A DNA stretch of 64,000 nt from Oikopleura dioica (Eukaryota > Animalia > Chordata): the NCBI GenBank assembly GCA_907165135.1, contig OU015566.1:1364001-1428000 (forward strand), read 5' to 3'. Below the pieces are notes generated by a model, which was given only the letters and a program-made list of their open reading frames with translations, was not told the DNA's origin and did no database searches. This document shows positions 1 to 12,243 of the stretch, one piece after another. The translations under genes were made by a program, and so were the position numbers. Numbering within the stretch: position 1 is the stretch's first letter; each line of letters opens with the position of its first letter.

Positions 1-116
1 ATTATATAAATAAATTCTTAAGACATCACAAAGCAGTTTGCGAAGAAGAAAAAAGCTTGGAAATAATCAATTATCGAGATCTCGATACAGACAGGGCTCA
101 AATCAATTAGTAAAAG

Positions 117-395
117 CCTGAGTCAGGTTTTGAACACAGGTTTTAACACAGGTTTCAACACAGGTTTTGAACACAGGTTTTGAACACAGGTTGTCAACAC
201 AGGTTTTCAACACAGGTTTTAAAACAGGTTTTCAAAACAAGTTTAAACACAGGTTTTCGACACAGGTTTCAACAAAAGTTTTCAAAACAGGTTTCAATAC
301 AGTTTTCAACACAGGTTTTGAACACAGGTTTTCAGCTAAGGTTTCAACACAGGTTTCAACACAGGTATCAACACAGGATTTCAACACAGTTCTAT
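117..395. repeat. Minisatellite, unit ~11-13 bp (acacaggttttca / acacaggttttga)
   Basis: About 20 degenerate tandem copies directly after cctgagtcagg; the ORFs at 167-425 are just its translation. Confidence 0.9.
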
Positions 396-429
396 GAAAC
401 AACTTCGTTTGCGATCGTTTTTTGAGCCC

Positions 430-1942
430 TTTTAGCCGGAGCTGTTCTTTGGCAAGTTCGAAATTCGATGGATTTAGCCGCCGACGACAGCAATATTTTT
501 TTGGTACATGAATAAAAACAATCAGTTGCGGTACGCAGAAAATGGGGAGCGAGAAAAGGTCCCGAATTTTCTAACAAAAGCGATTTCGATCTGCAAATTG
601 AACATGGCGAAACCGTTTTGGACGGAATGGCATTGGAGTAATGATGAACGGGGTATCTGCCCACCATGTGCGGAAAAACCTTATGACGGTGCAGGAATGG
701 TTTTCGGCGAAATAAGAAAGAATTCAAGAAGAAAAATCGAAAACCTCATTTTCAGGAAATAGAAAAAACATGCTTTATAGATACAAAGTACGGACCTGTT
801 CTCAACCAGGCGCTTGTATAGGCCTTGGTGAGAAAAAACACGAGTGCAATTATATTCCTATGTGCCGTAAGTAATTATAAACAATATTATTACTAATTTC
901 TTGCCTTATTTTCAGCTCAACATAAGCCCTGGGAAGAATGGACTCAATGCAGTCCAAGCAAATTCGAAATTTCACAAAACGCCACTGCTCCTGCTACTTG
1001 GACGAGAACGAGAGTCAGACCGTGCAAAAAATGTAAGTTATTTTTTTTGAGAGAATTTTCCATGCTCAAATTGAACCATAGATTGCGACAATGGAAGACG
1101 ACAATTTGGAAAACTCCCAATTTACGAATTTGAACATCCAAATATCACGAAATTGACAGATATTGAAAACTGCACCGCAGGTTTGAAAAAAACTTTGACA
1201 AAAATATGGAGCAAAATTATGAAAAAAAAACAGGTTTTTCGGTCAAACAGACTGCAAGTTCAAACGAACATCGTGTTTTTTTATTGAAATGAGTAAGTAA
1301 CACGACAGATTAGCGTTACTGAATTATAAATTTGTTGCGAACTATCCGCTTAATATAATATGAATCTTCGAATGAAGTTCCATTCCCTCTCGATTGGAAA
1401 AAAGGCCGATGAAAAGAGCTTACACTCTGAATATCGAGGACAAGTTCACCGTAAGTTTATCGTTTTTTTTTAATTTTTTTTTAAATTTTTCTAGTACAAT
1501 GAAGAGCTAGAATTGGAGCGACTTTTCAATCAATACGAAGATTTTGGGAAACAAGAGATTCCGAGAATTGAATTGAGGGGAGAAAAAGAACACGATGCAA
1601 AAAGTGAAAATGGATTAAAACTGCTTATTATTTATAATCATTTGGGCAAGTTCCATCCATTCAAGAGCGGATATTTACTTAGTTGTCGGACTCGTTTTTG
1701 TGCTAATATTATTGCTTTTCATCATGATGATCTTGACGAATGCAGTAGTGGAATTGTTAGTTTTTCATCAAAAATACTGCATTATTCAACATATTCAGCT
1801 ACAAAGGACTTCAATCGACCAAAAACAAGGAGGAAAACCAGCGACTTTTAAAATCACCAACTATCTCTCTTCGAGAAATGTAAATAAAGACTTATATGAT
1901 GAATTAAAATTTATTGAGCAAAAAAAAAAAAAATTCAAATAA
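430..1942 (+). CDS. Multi-exon, probably single-pass membrane protein with thrombospondin type-1-like repeats (start approximate)
   Basis: Exons encode FWTEWHWS..CPPC, RYKVRTCSQPGACIG..HEC and PWEEWTQCS...TRTRVRPC (TSP1 pattern). Short gt-ag introns. Hydrophobic IYLVVGLVFVLILLLFIMMIL near the 3' end; stop at 1940-1942. Confidence 0.5.
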
Positions 1943-2349
1943 TTTCCAAAAACACTTATTCAGAAAAAATGCATGCAAAGCTCTTTTGTGTGAGGGGTCA
2001 TCTGCCATGCTGATTCATTGTTTCTATCACCCCCTTTCATCCAATATATTTGCGCGTCTGAACACAATTCCCTCTTTTTTTTCTGCCTTTTCAACAGTCT
2101 CAAAGGTCACAGAGATTTGCTCCTCGTCAAAAGTTTGTGAATATAATTTGAGTCGGCGCCGTTTGTGATTGTCGGGGAAATTATCAAGTTTCAAAATTTG
2201 TAAAGAGAGAAGAGGAAAATGGGGTTTTTGAACAAACTGTTGAGAAAAAAGACGCAAGAGGAAAAAGACGCGCTCAAGGTAAGATACAGTCTCCCAAGCA
2301 GGGCTGGATATTTTGAAATCAGCAAAAATTTCAAATCAATTTTTGTGTG

Positions 2350-2730
2350 AAATCTCATTTCTATCTCAAAATTTTGCACCATCTCAACAAATCTCAAATT
2401 TCAATATTATTGCAACTCCCTCGTCATAATTTTTCCATTCTTGAGATTGCTGAGATCTCGAGATCTCAAATCTCAAAATTTTGCAAACAGCGCAAGGGCC
2501 GCGGACAAACGTCGCGGGCTTAGAGCAAGACTTGTGATTGGTTCAGATGGACCTGAAATGCTTGAGATCTCAGAATTTCAAATTTCATTTCATTGCAACG
2601 CGCGTATCCAACTCGCGCCTTTTTTTGAGATAATTGAGATCTCAGCATTTCAAATATCATAATATTGCAAAATCGAAAATTGAGATCTCAGACAGAAAAT
2701 TTTCTGAGATTGCATTTTTGAAATGGATGA
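2350..2730. repeat. Degenerate palindromic, MITE-like repeat rich in (tt)gagatctc(ag)
   Basis: Four or more copies of the palindrome gagatctc, with loosely complementary left and right flanks. Confidence 0.35.
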
Positions 2731-2957
2731 GATGATGATTCATGTTTTTTTTCGGGGTTTGAGATTTTTCTTGATTTCAAAATATCCAGCCCTGCTCCCA
2801 AGGGGATTAGCAAGTTTTGATCTTTTTGCCGATTTAAGGACTCCTCTTGAAGATTTGTCTGGTAGACAAAGTGTCTAACAGACTTTTGCCTTATTTGTCT
2901 TGAAATTTGATTGACTATTTTTTCTCCGAAAACTTGGTTTTGAAGTTTTAACGAGCC

Positions 2958-3551
2958 CATTATTCAAGCCCGCGGAATATCCACCGATCGGAACAAACTG
3001 GAGCAACTGGAAAATCTGGGTTGAAACGAGCGACGAAAATGCTGTTGAAATGACACCGGATTTCTACACTCGCCTTGGCCGCTCTGGAATCAAAATCGAC
3101 GACGAAAAGTATTACACAGTCGACGAAATTCTCAACCTTCGATTTGGTAATCAAGCGATGAGTGTTCAGCGGGAAAAGAAAGCGTTTGCGATTGCGGCTC
3201 TTTTTTCGATTGGTATGTTTTTTTCTCCCTTTTCCAAAGAATAATCGACGAAATCGTAGTCGTTGCTGACAAAACACACGAAATTCTTCACATCGGAAAA
3301 GATCAACGAAACAGGTTCTGGCATCCAAGAGACAAAAAAGCGCGAAGAGTCCAGTGGATCAAGTCGAACGGCGAGGAATTCGACCTTCAAGAGGCGCTCT
3401 GTAATTTTTTCGCCGAGCAAAATAACAATCTGGGTAAGCTTTTTCCTCGAATTACTCAATTTTCATCAATTTAGGAGCGGAAGATGCAAAACTCTTCTCG
3501 TACGAAGAAAACGAGTTCATTGTGCGAATTCTCGGCGAAACTGTTTATTGA
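2958..3551 (+). CDS. Uncharacterised protein (three exons seen, 5' end unresolved)
   Basis: The frame stays open across introns at ~3213-3240 and ~3435-3475: LFKPAEYPPIGTNWSNWKIWVETSDE...IIDEIVVVADKTHEIL...ILGETVY*. Confidence 0.45.
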
Positions 3552-3588
3552 TACTGAAAATTTTGGATGAATAAATTTAGTAGAATTC

Positions 3589-5461
3589 TTATTTATCAAC
3601 AGTCGATTCAAAATAATTCAAATCTGTTTCTCGAGCTTGATTATTTGAAAAAACAGTTTTCTTTCTGAGTTTTTCGTAGACGAATGTTTCTCTTTTTCTC
3701 CAAGGTCGCCAAACTCCGTCGATTGGGAGTGCAGCAGGGTCGGATGCTTCTTGTTGGGGCTTGACTTGCTCGTCCTGAATTTTTAGGAAGCAAAACTTTC
3801 AATAAATCTTACGTAGTAATCAGCTAATTTGAGAAGAAACTTGTCGACCAACTCTGGATACGAATCCGAAACATCATTCCTTTCTCCTTCGTCCTCCGTG
3901 ATCGCGTAGAGCCTCACCAGTTTATCTTCTTCTACATCTTCGAGCGCAACTTTGTCCGGTTCATATTTCAAATTCTTTTTTTGCGAAAAAGAGCAGCCCC
4001 AGTGACAAGGGCGGCCGGTAATCAGCTTCCAATTTTCTGAACGGATGGCGGCTTTGACGGTCACGTCGAAAGTCCTGTTCGACAGGACTTGAAATTCCCG
4101 GCTGTCGAGTTCGCGCTTTGCCCTTTTGAGCGGATCCATGAAGTTGAGGAGGTGGGAGCGTTTTGGAACGGGTCGTAAATGGAAGAGATCTTGAGCAACG
4201 CCATCGAGAGGCAGCGTTTCAGGAGGAACTTCGCAGCCAGCAGATCGAAGGAGAGTCGGAAGCCAATCGGTCACGTGCATGACGTAAGGAAAGGACTTTC
4301 CCTTGAGACTTTCTGGCAGCTTGGGCGAGTGAACAAAAGCTCGACTTCTGATTCCCCCTTCGAAGATATTCCCCTTTTTTCCTCTCAAGGGCCAGTTTGA
4401 AGCTCCTTCTCTTGTTTGACCGCCATTGTCAGAAGTGATGATCAAAAGTGTATCTTTCCAAAATCCCTTTTCCTTCAGCGCTTTCACGATTTCCCCGATA
4501 AAGTGATCTACGACGGCGATTTTTCTAGAGAGCATTTTTCGATAATGCGTCCAAGGTGTTTCCTTGAAAAGGGTCGAGAACTCGGGAAGCCATTGCAGCG
4601 GACCGTGAACTTCTTGGAAAGAAAGAAATTCAAAAAGGGGTGTTTCAGGATCGAAATCATCGAGTTTTGCGATGAAATCATCCGCAATCGCCTTTGTCGA
4701 ATAAGTGCCGTTCAGATCGAATCTTATTTTCTCGGTTCCATTACTGTAAACTTCCCTAAAATCAAAACCAGCTGGTCTGTATATTTTTTTCTCCATAAGT
4801 TCCATCTTCTTTGGCGGTCCTTCAATTTCGCCTCTGTAACACGGGGAGTAGAGATAGCAGTTGTTTCCCGAGTCGTGATAAAAATAATCCTGTGAGCCGA
4901 GATAGAAGCCGAAGAATCTGTCGAAACCTCGATTTTGCGGGCAATGATATTTGGTATAAAATCCAAGATGCCATTTGCCATGCATTGAGGTTTGATAGCC
5001 ACACTGTTTGAATGCTTCAGGAAGGAGAGTCTCGGACAAGGGAATTGCTTCTGGTTCATCGGGCTTTATCACTCCTTGGGAAATATCATTTTTGGTTGAA
5101 TTTGGCTTCGGACCTGATTGAAGACCATATCGAATATTGTACCGGCCTGTCATTAGAGCTGCTCGAGAGGGAGTACAGGAAGGTTGATTGTAATACTTGT
5201 CGATATGCAGTGCATTTTTCGCGAGGTAATCAATATTGGGACTTTTGACATCGGGGTTGACATAGCCTTTGTTCGCATTTTGCAAACCTGTCATCGTGAA
5301 TTACCGATGCTCAAAAATAACATCCTTCAATACTGTCCTAAATCATCAAAGCCCAAATCATCGATGAGAATAAAAATAACATGTGGCTTTTTCGCGAAAC
5401 TTCCGTGTCCAAAACATTCTCTAAGAAACAAAAATATCAGAAAAGGCAGAAGTTTTCGCAT
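3589..5461 (-). CDS. ARSB-like: Arylsulfatase B-like secreted sulfatase
   Basis: Signal peptide MRKLLPFLIFLFLRECFG; KPHVIFILIDDLGFDDLGY; formylglycine motif CTPSRAALMTGRY; GKWHLG; SDNGG; NWPLRGKKGNIFEGGIR; C-terminal DP...GVWRPW. Confidence 0.93.
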
Positions 5462-7075
5462 CTATTTTGATTTGACTAGCGGCGAGGGGTCTTATCATGC
5501 GAAGATTGCCAGATTATTCCTGACCGGTAATTTGAAGCAATCGAAAATTCATTATTTAAGGGTGTCAAGAACTTTAAAAAAAAATCAAGTCTGCTTGGCG
5601 ATCAGAATTCTTGATATCCACCAATTTCGTTAAAATAATTCTAATCTGGCAGGCTAAAAGCATTCACGGTCAAATTTCGATGCAGTCAACGACAACGATG
5701 ACATGCGTATTTGTGCTTATATTTCGCGCGGACCATCAGAAAAATAAATATTCCTGTCAATATTCGCCGTTCACCCTCAGATAAAAAGAGGTATAAAAAG
5801 GATTATTTGTTCATCCGCGGGGGAAGTGTCTTATAGAAACAGTATCGAGCGCGCCTAATCCAATTTGATATACGAACAGATACTCGATGCATGCGAAAAA
5901 GTATACAACTCTTCCTCAAAATAATATTTTTTATTTTGACCTTGTAAACCTTTCTTGTTCATTTTTGACCAAAAAACGATTGCACCAGAGATTCTTCATC
6001 ATGGATCATGAGCTGGACCAATATGAATGTTTTTAACATCTTATTAAAGAAAATAAGTAAATTTGATTTGAAAAAATGTTAAAACGGGAATCAAGGAAGA
6101 GTTTGTCTGGAACGGTTTTCGCCACTTTCATCGAGCAGAAAAAGAAAGAAACGGTTCGACAGAAAACAGAGCCAAATGATCATTTATTCTTATCCCCAAA
6201 AATACCGCCTAAGAAAGTGCCACTTTAATTTATAGTGAAAAAAAGATCGTAGGAAAACACTCACGCGCCTCATTATTAAATACTACCTTTCAAACTTTTG
6301 AAACACTCACTCAAATTAAACAAGCGTCAGAATATGGCAAAGAAGGGTAGCAAAAACGGTATGTCTTGCGTCCGTGAATATTTCATAGAATTATGAATAA
6401 AGCTATGAAGTTCGCGCCGCGAACACATAGTTCCTAAACATATCATACTGTCAGATCTCGTTCGAACCGAAAGAGAAGTGGAAAAATGAAAAGCCCAGAC
6501 GCACATGACCACGATTTTAAAAGAGTTCATGACTCCGCCCAGGAAAGATTAAGAAAATACCTCTTCTTTTGTTGCTTCTAAGGGACCTTGAAAAAATCTG
6601 AAAAAAGCACCGTGATGATACGCACGAGTTCAGTTACGATACAAACACAGAAGTCTTCAGCGTCCGATTTTTATTTGTAATCGCGCCTGTTTTTCTCATC
6701 ATCTCCCTGCTCTGGCTAATGGTCGATTGGAAGGGTTATCTTTCTGCTAAATTTCGGCATACTTTTCATCGAAAGGTATTTGGACGAAAAATCCTTTGTT
6801 TTTATGAAGATTTTAAGGTGAGAAGATCGGTTTTGAAAAGCCCAAAGCTGAGAAAAACGGTAAAGCATTACAAATTCTAGACTGTTTTCTTTTCATATCT
6901 GCTCAATTTCATCAATAAAAGACTTTCATCCAACCATCAAAAATGGCTGAAAGAGCGAAAGTATTCATGTTCCAATAATAATTTATTAATCTCCAAAGAC
7001 AGTCAGGGAGAGATCAAAAGTAAAAATGAAGAAAATGTGAAGAGTAACTTTGTCTAAATGGGAGAGAGGGGCTGT

Positions 7076-10000
7076 TTAGAATTGCACGTCTTTGGACCAG
7101 TCGTTCTGAGAAGCAGCTTGAGCATATCCTTGATTACCAGTTGCGCCGTAAATTTTTCCTGAAGCGGCTGGAGAAGTGCTCCCGCTGCCCATCGGCTTTG
7201 GCTTTTTGGAATCGTCGATGACGCCGAGATTCGGATCCATGGGTTTTGTTCGTGAGGGCATTGTGACTCCACTCGTTTTTCTAAAAGAATATCTTCAACC
7301 AAGGCTATTATTGAGGTCTTTCTTACCGAACTCTTCGATCAGGCAAAACTCCTCCCATGATTTCTTCCTGAGTCGGCGGCTCCTTATCAAATCCTCTCTC
7401 GATCCAAACGCTTTCGAGTCCGCCGCCTTTCTCTGGAGCAAACGTCTTGCCTTCAGTAAACGATCGTTTCAAAAGACGAATAAGAAGCTTTTCTTTGCGC
7501 TTGTTCGATTGAGACTCTGAGTATTCTCGTTTCGGTGGAGTTTTTTGTGCTGGAGCATCTTCAGTGAGGTCGATTGGGGCGCTATTCTTATTGACGACTT
7601 CTAAAAAAACATGGTAAGAGATCAACAGATCTTCTTGGTGACTTACTTGCTGGTCGATGTCCAGATTTGGGCACAACAACGGTCCCTGGCAGTGGCGGTG
7701 GTGGCTGATTGAATATTCCAGTAGGCCCACTTGGTGGCTGAGCCGGACTTGGCGGAAATTGAGGCAGCGTTGACAGTCCTGGAAATACAGGCGCCCCTGT
7801 GTATGGATAACTTGGCCCGCGCGGTCCACTGTGCGGTCCGTTGTGAGCCGGCGCGGCGGTCCGGTCCAAAAGCTGCTTCCGCAAAAGATCATTATTTTCG
7901 TTTGTGAGGCGGAGGCGCTCTTCCAGATCGGTAATTTGCGTTTTGAGATGGTGGGAGCTTGCTTCAGTCGCGATTTCCATCGTTTTCGTAAAGTTCTGGC
8001 GCTTTTTCTCGGCCTTAACGATTATCAGTTACTAAAGAAAAGTGATGGTTGGCTTACCTCTTCGAGCTTCGAAGATAATTCTGCGCATTTCTGCTCATAC
8101 TCTTGTCTTACGAATTCAACTTCATCTTTCCAAGCGTCAACGGTTTCGCGAAACTGCGTTTCTCGGCGCTTGAATGTTTCAATTTTTTCTTCAAGCTCAC
8201 TTAACCATCAGTTATTTCACTTTTTTTCGATCATGAACTAACCGGATTTGCTTGGTCTTCGCTCGCAAATCTTGAATTACAGTCAACTTCTCCCCTCCTG
8301 AAAGTTTCTCTGGATCATCCACAAGCAGCTTTTCCGCCGCACAGAGTTCTTTGATCCTCGCTTCCAGTTCCCTGAATCTATCGTTTTAGATCCTCAGAAT
8401 CAACAACAGGTACTCACGCAATCTTTTTGCCATCAGATTCGTACTGAGCAGCCATTTCGACTTTGAGTTCTTCGATTTGCTGCTCTTTGATCGCTGCTCG
8501 CTCCTCTTTCATTCGAATCTGCTCATCTTTCAGCTGAATGACGCGTTCTAGCTCGGATATTTGACCTCTCAGCGAAAGATTTTGCCGGTCATCATTGTCG
8601 TCCATCGTAAGGGGTACATCATAGTTGTCGTAGATTGGATCAATCGCTGGCACAGGGACCAAGGCTTCTTTAAAATGAAAGTTAGGCAAAAGAAAATGAA
8701 TAAGTATCACATCTTTAAGAAGGCTAAGATCCTTCGATATACGTTAATGGGTTTGAGTGATCTTATTGAAGTCACATGATATCGAATTATGCCATCTTCT
8801 CCATACTTTCCTTAGGATTTTTGTGACAGGCTTTCTTCCTGAAAAGCCCGTATCTATAGAAATTTATGTGAAAGAAAGCAGGCTTAGTTCTACCCGCTAG
8901 AGAGCGAGGATGAAAAATGAAGAAACAAGATTTCGGTCGAAAGCCCCTGATTAATGACAATTCCATCATTGAGGGTAAAATGGAGAATAAATGTACGAAC
9001 AGCAAGATATACATATCCTAGAAGGAGAAAAGTAAAGATAGAAATTACTTGTCGTGGAAATATCTGAAGATCGTCGTTCTGGCGTGCGGCTGCGTTTCGA
9101 TCTCTTTCGACTTCTGCTTCGCGATCTTCTACTGCGCCGATCTCTACTTCTCGATCGAGATCTTCGTCTTCTCCTGTCCCTCGAACGTGAGCGCGATCGA
9201 CTCGATCGCCTTGATCGTCGCCGGTCTCTTTCACGAGATCGCGAGCGTGAGCGAGATCGTTTTTCGCGTAGGGACTTTCTGTATTCGCTTTCTTGTGGTG
9301 GAGCGATACCGGTTGGTGGAGGAATTCCAGGTGGAAAAGCAGGCGGAAAACCGAGGGGAGGAAAGCCGGGCATTCCGGGAGGAAAACCTGGTGGTGGTCC
9401 GGCTGGTGGATATCCTCCGAAAGATGGAGGTGGTACAGCTGAAGAAAATCAGTTATAAATGGAAAAAACAGTGAGAAATGGCCAACAAATGGCTTTTGGC
9501 TCAGCAAACTGAGTAGAAACCTGTCTCAGGGTCCTGATGAAGTTCGTACAAAACCTCGGCTTCAGATCTCAGAGTCAGATTTGTGCACAGGTTTCCGCCA
9601 CAAACGCCAATGGTTGGCTTGAAATTATTTTTGCAGAAATTTCAGAAACCTGGATCAGAAGCTGTAGGAGGCGGGATAGAGCTTTGAGCCCGTTGAATTT
9701 CTTCAAAAAGCTGCTTATTTTCGTCGAAAACCTTCAGTGTCAAGCCCCCATGAGTAATCGATGAAGAAGTGGCTGTTTGTTGCTGCAAAGTTTCAACTTT
9801 TTGGTGATCAGAAGACTTCTTTCGCGGAACTCCGGCTTTGGGCAAGCCGAGAACATCGTGTCTTTTTACAGTGTTAGCGAAATTGAACACGCACAGGAGG
9901 CGTATAAATCAAAAGATAAGTTACAATGAGCGAAAACTGAAGAATTTCGTAACGCACGCGATATTTGGAGGCGGCGCCGGTGAACATAATCCGTTGATTT

Positions 10001-10830
10001 TTCGTTAGGGGCCAGTCGTCAGCGCTTGCGCCGATTTCCTCTAGCAGTGAGAGCATGGCTTTGCAAGGTTCAAATAGAAGGGGGGTGGTCCGGGTGGCGG
10101 AGCCCCCTGGGTCAGGATTAGGGTTAGGGGCAGCTCGAATAATAGCCCCCTACTACCGGTGGATCTTTCAATACAATCTCTAGTTGTCGTGGATCGTGAA
10201 CCTTTAGCTTTGGCGCATTTGGACGAGCAGAGCAACGATCCGCACTCGCGGTATTTCTCCTCTGGAGCAAAGATATTTTCATTGAAAGAAATTCGGCAGA
10301 GAAAGCATGTTGTCATGCGTGCCGGTTTGGCTCGCTTGAAGCGAGCTGCGGACAGTTGCTTCCTAGAGAAAGAAGATGTTTTCTCGCTTTTTGAAACAGA
10401 CAGAAAAAGGGGAGTTGAATGAAAGAATGAGAATAAGGGCGTTTTTTTCGATGGTAATTTTTTGACTTACACAAGTTCATCTCGTTTGAAGTCGGAGTAT
10501 TCTTGGAAGTAGACGTTTGCGTCGAGCTCCAATGATTCGCATATTCTTTGCTTGGTATCGAAAATTGACAAAAAACGTGGTAAAAAGGCATTTTTCGCAA
10601 GAATTCGGAAATTCAAGAGAAAAACAGAAAGAAAAAATTTTGCCCAAAATCATGCCGAAACGGGCAGTTTGCGATCCTATCCTGACTCGTTCGTTTTTGC
10701 ATTCTTCGGAGCAAAACTGTAGCTGCTTGTATTTCTGCGAATATCCGAGCTCCGGAAGAACGAACTGATCTTTCATCTCCTCCGTCAGAAGATCGATACA
10801 TCCCGAACAGACTGGCCCTTTTTTCTGCAT
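7076..10830 (-). CDS. Uncharacterised nuclear-type protein: two FCS/TRASH-like zinc fingers, Pro/Gly-rich segment, RS domain, coiled coil, Pro-rich tail (could be two genes)
   Basis: CSGC...QFCSEEC (10830-10700); CFLC...LLCSSKC (10316-10200); GPPPGFPPG plus RSRSRSR (9450-9060); heptad exons (8640-7900); last exon ends KDVQF* at 7076. The link across 8640-9040 is uncertain. Confidence 0.55.
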
Positions 10831-11339
10831 TTTCCCGCCGATTTCGATCAAATCTAAAATAGAGAAAATATTTAACTCAAATCATTTGATTTTTCCAAAA
10901 AAATGGTAAAAAATTCTGGTCCAATCAGATTACTCGGGCAAAATAAAAAACTTTTAGCCACTAAAATTTCCCCTATCGCAAAACTAAACGAATGTAACTC
11001 AATTTTTTCAATTTTCTAGATTCTAACTAACCAACATTATTATTTCCCCTCTTTCTTCAGTTACAGAAAGGAACCTCTGAAAAGAGTGAAAAAAAGTTTT
11101 TCTCAAAAAACCACAAAGGTAAGATTTGGGCGCCACTAAAAGTTCCCACGGCGAAGCGCTGCGCCAATTGGCTCAAATTGAGCTCAGAAATGCAGAAATT
11201 TGTGAAAATGAACTTGATAGAGAAATAAATGATTGATAAGAAATAATTGACATCTGAAATGATAACAGTAAGTTGAAATTAACTTGAGAAAACTTTAATT
11301 CGTAAAAGTTTCTACGTAATTTTTAAATTAACTTTAGTT

Positions 11340-11872
11340 ATGTTGTCTCGAGAGCAAGAAACACTCGATTATGTGAAAGAACACAAGCTAGAAGGTCTGA
11401 TGACCCAGCTCATAGAGCTCGCCACTTATCACCAGGTAAACGGATCAATCGTTAGAAATTCCCCTCAACTTCATTTCCAGCCGACAGATCTGCGTCAATT
11501 CATCATTGAGCAACTGAAACTGATCGTTGAAGCTCGAGAACTCGGAGTAGAACCGCCAAGTTTGTTGGACGTCACCAATTTTGCCTCGATTTTCGGACTT
11601 ATCGACATTAACAACCGCGGAAAGTAAGTAAGAATGAAAACTTTGAGCCAGCAAGGTCGCGGCTAAATTATTAGTTTCTCGAAGCCGCAAGCTTCTGTTT
11701 ATTAATTTATACTTTCAGAATCAGCCGTGAAGAAGCAATTTCGTCGCTGAAAAAGCTCGGAATCGAGGAAGAACTCTTCATCGGCCTGAATCAAATAAGC
11801 GTGGATGTCTTCGTCAAAGAAGCGCAAGAAGCTTTCCAGAAAATCAACTCGAACTACAAGCGTTCTCGTTAA
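11340..11872 (+). CDS. EFCAB10: EF-hand calcium-binding domain protein 10
   Basis: Three exons: MLSREQETLDYVKEHKLEGLMTQL..PTDLRQFIIEQL..FGLIDINNRGKISREEAISSLKKLG. Matches the docking-domain plus EF-hand layout of EFCAB10. Confidence 0.8.
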
Positions 11873-12243
11873 TTCAGAAACTGTTTCAAAATTTTTTTAT
11901 TTTTGTATGAAAATAAAGTATTTCTGTTATTTTAAAAATCGTATATTTTATAAAAAAAAGCCTATTTCTAGCAAAATCAAAATCAGATTCGATGAGCTCA
12001 GGATTCCTGAGTCAGGACTCTGTATATAATATACAGTTATACTGTACTATTTGCTGTAGCAAACCTGTTATCCCCAAAGAGCTTCAATGAACAGCCGCGA
12101 AGCGGCTTCGCCAAAACAAGGATTTCGATTGATTTTATACCTAAGTCAGATTTTCATTATACTTTGGTCTGTTCCTTCACATTTCCTCGGATCGTCAAAC
12201 CCTAATTGCAAAAAATCAGACTGTAGAATCGGAATTAAATGCG

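Noticed and set aside
121-425. CRISPR-like array, or ORFs 167-397 and 180-425
   Set aside because: Tandem units with no unique spacers in a eukaryotic context; the ORFs are translations of the satellite.
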